From positions 40,982,001 through 41,046,000 of the forward strand of contig NC_043013.1 in the NCBI RefSeq assembly GCF_006345805.1: DNA of 64,000 nucleotides. The letters run 5' to 3'. Shown piece by piece: positions 63,801 to 64,000 of the stretch (positions are counted from its first letter, which is position 1; each line of letters begins with the position of its first letter). Below the pieces are notes generated by a model. It saw only the letters and a list, made by a program, of their open reading frames with translations, did not search any database and had not been told where the DNA came from. The DNA comes from Octopus sinensis. Its lineage: Eukaryota. The position numbers and the translations under genes were made by a program.

Positions 63801-64000
63801 TCTGACAAAGTGTGGATGGAGACTTTTGCTTTTGAGCTGGAGACAACATTCACAAGTGATGTGGTAGAGACTAAGAACAGCAAACCTATGTCGATTAAAA
63901 TTGCTGTATAAGAACAGAAGATGGACAGTGGGACTGGCTTGAAAATGTTCATAGTATCTGATGGGGGGGGGACTTATTGCTGATCCCCTTTGTATTGCAT
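54880..64000 (+). repeat. Old tandem array of RTE-like RT/C-terminal fragments plus flank
   Basis: DFADD motif at about 55128, 57357 and 62036 (a fourth unit is cut by the window end); GAAACATCAACCAG-like C-terminal blocks at about 56150, 57500, 57960, 58960 and 62180, plus a partial block at 60900. Confidence 0.85.
59568..60265 (+). mobile_element. Penelope-like (Neptune-type) GIY-YIG endonuclease fragment with CT-rich 3' UTR
   Basis: FKRAHNLRDLLVHS..CSCPCCRTCPY..FTCTSTNIIYCISC/CHSLYIGQMGRRLADRFVEHLQDI..PVTHHF/REQGLIFSL..GFN; two frameshifts. Confidence 0.9.

Overview
AT-rich eukaryotic (metazoan) non-coding DNA with no intact protein-coding gene that I can support. The SINE and microsatellite repertoire looks like a coleoid cephalopod, most likely Octopus (inferred from recall, not from a search). 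The window is a mosaic of tRNA-derived SINEs, hAT/piggyBac/Tc1-type MITEs, decayed mariner and maT transposases, Gypsy RT pieces, CR1-like and RTE-like LINE fragments, and Penelope-like (Neptune-type) RT and GIY-YIG fragments. Main points of interest: (1) five type-I hammerhead ribozyme folds from four unrelated sequence families, namely an identical divergent pair in a perfect 153-bp inverted repeat (10.8-11.4 kb), one in the loop of a ~160-bp hairpin (18.3 kb), and single copies at 44.8 kb and 5.3 kb (the last decayed); (2) a mariner element whose middle appears replaced by a host ankyrin-repeat exon and intron (33.4-34.6 kb); (3) a young, modular tandem array built from a LINE 3' fragment plus a MITE (37.3-41.9 kb); (4) an older tandem array of RTE RT fragments (54.9-64 kb). 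All folds, alignments and translations were done by eye, and boundaries of decayed repeats are approximate.
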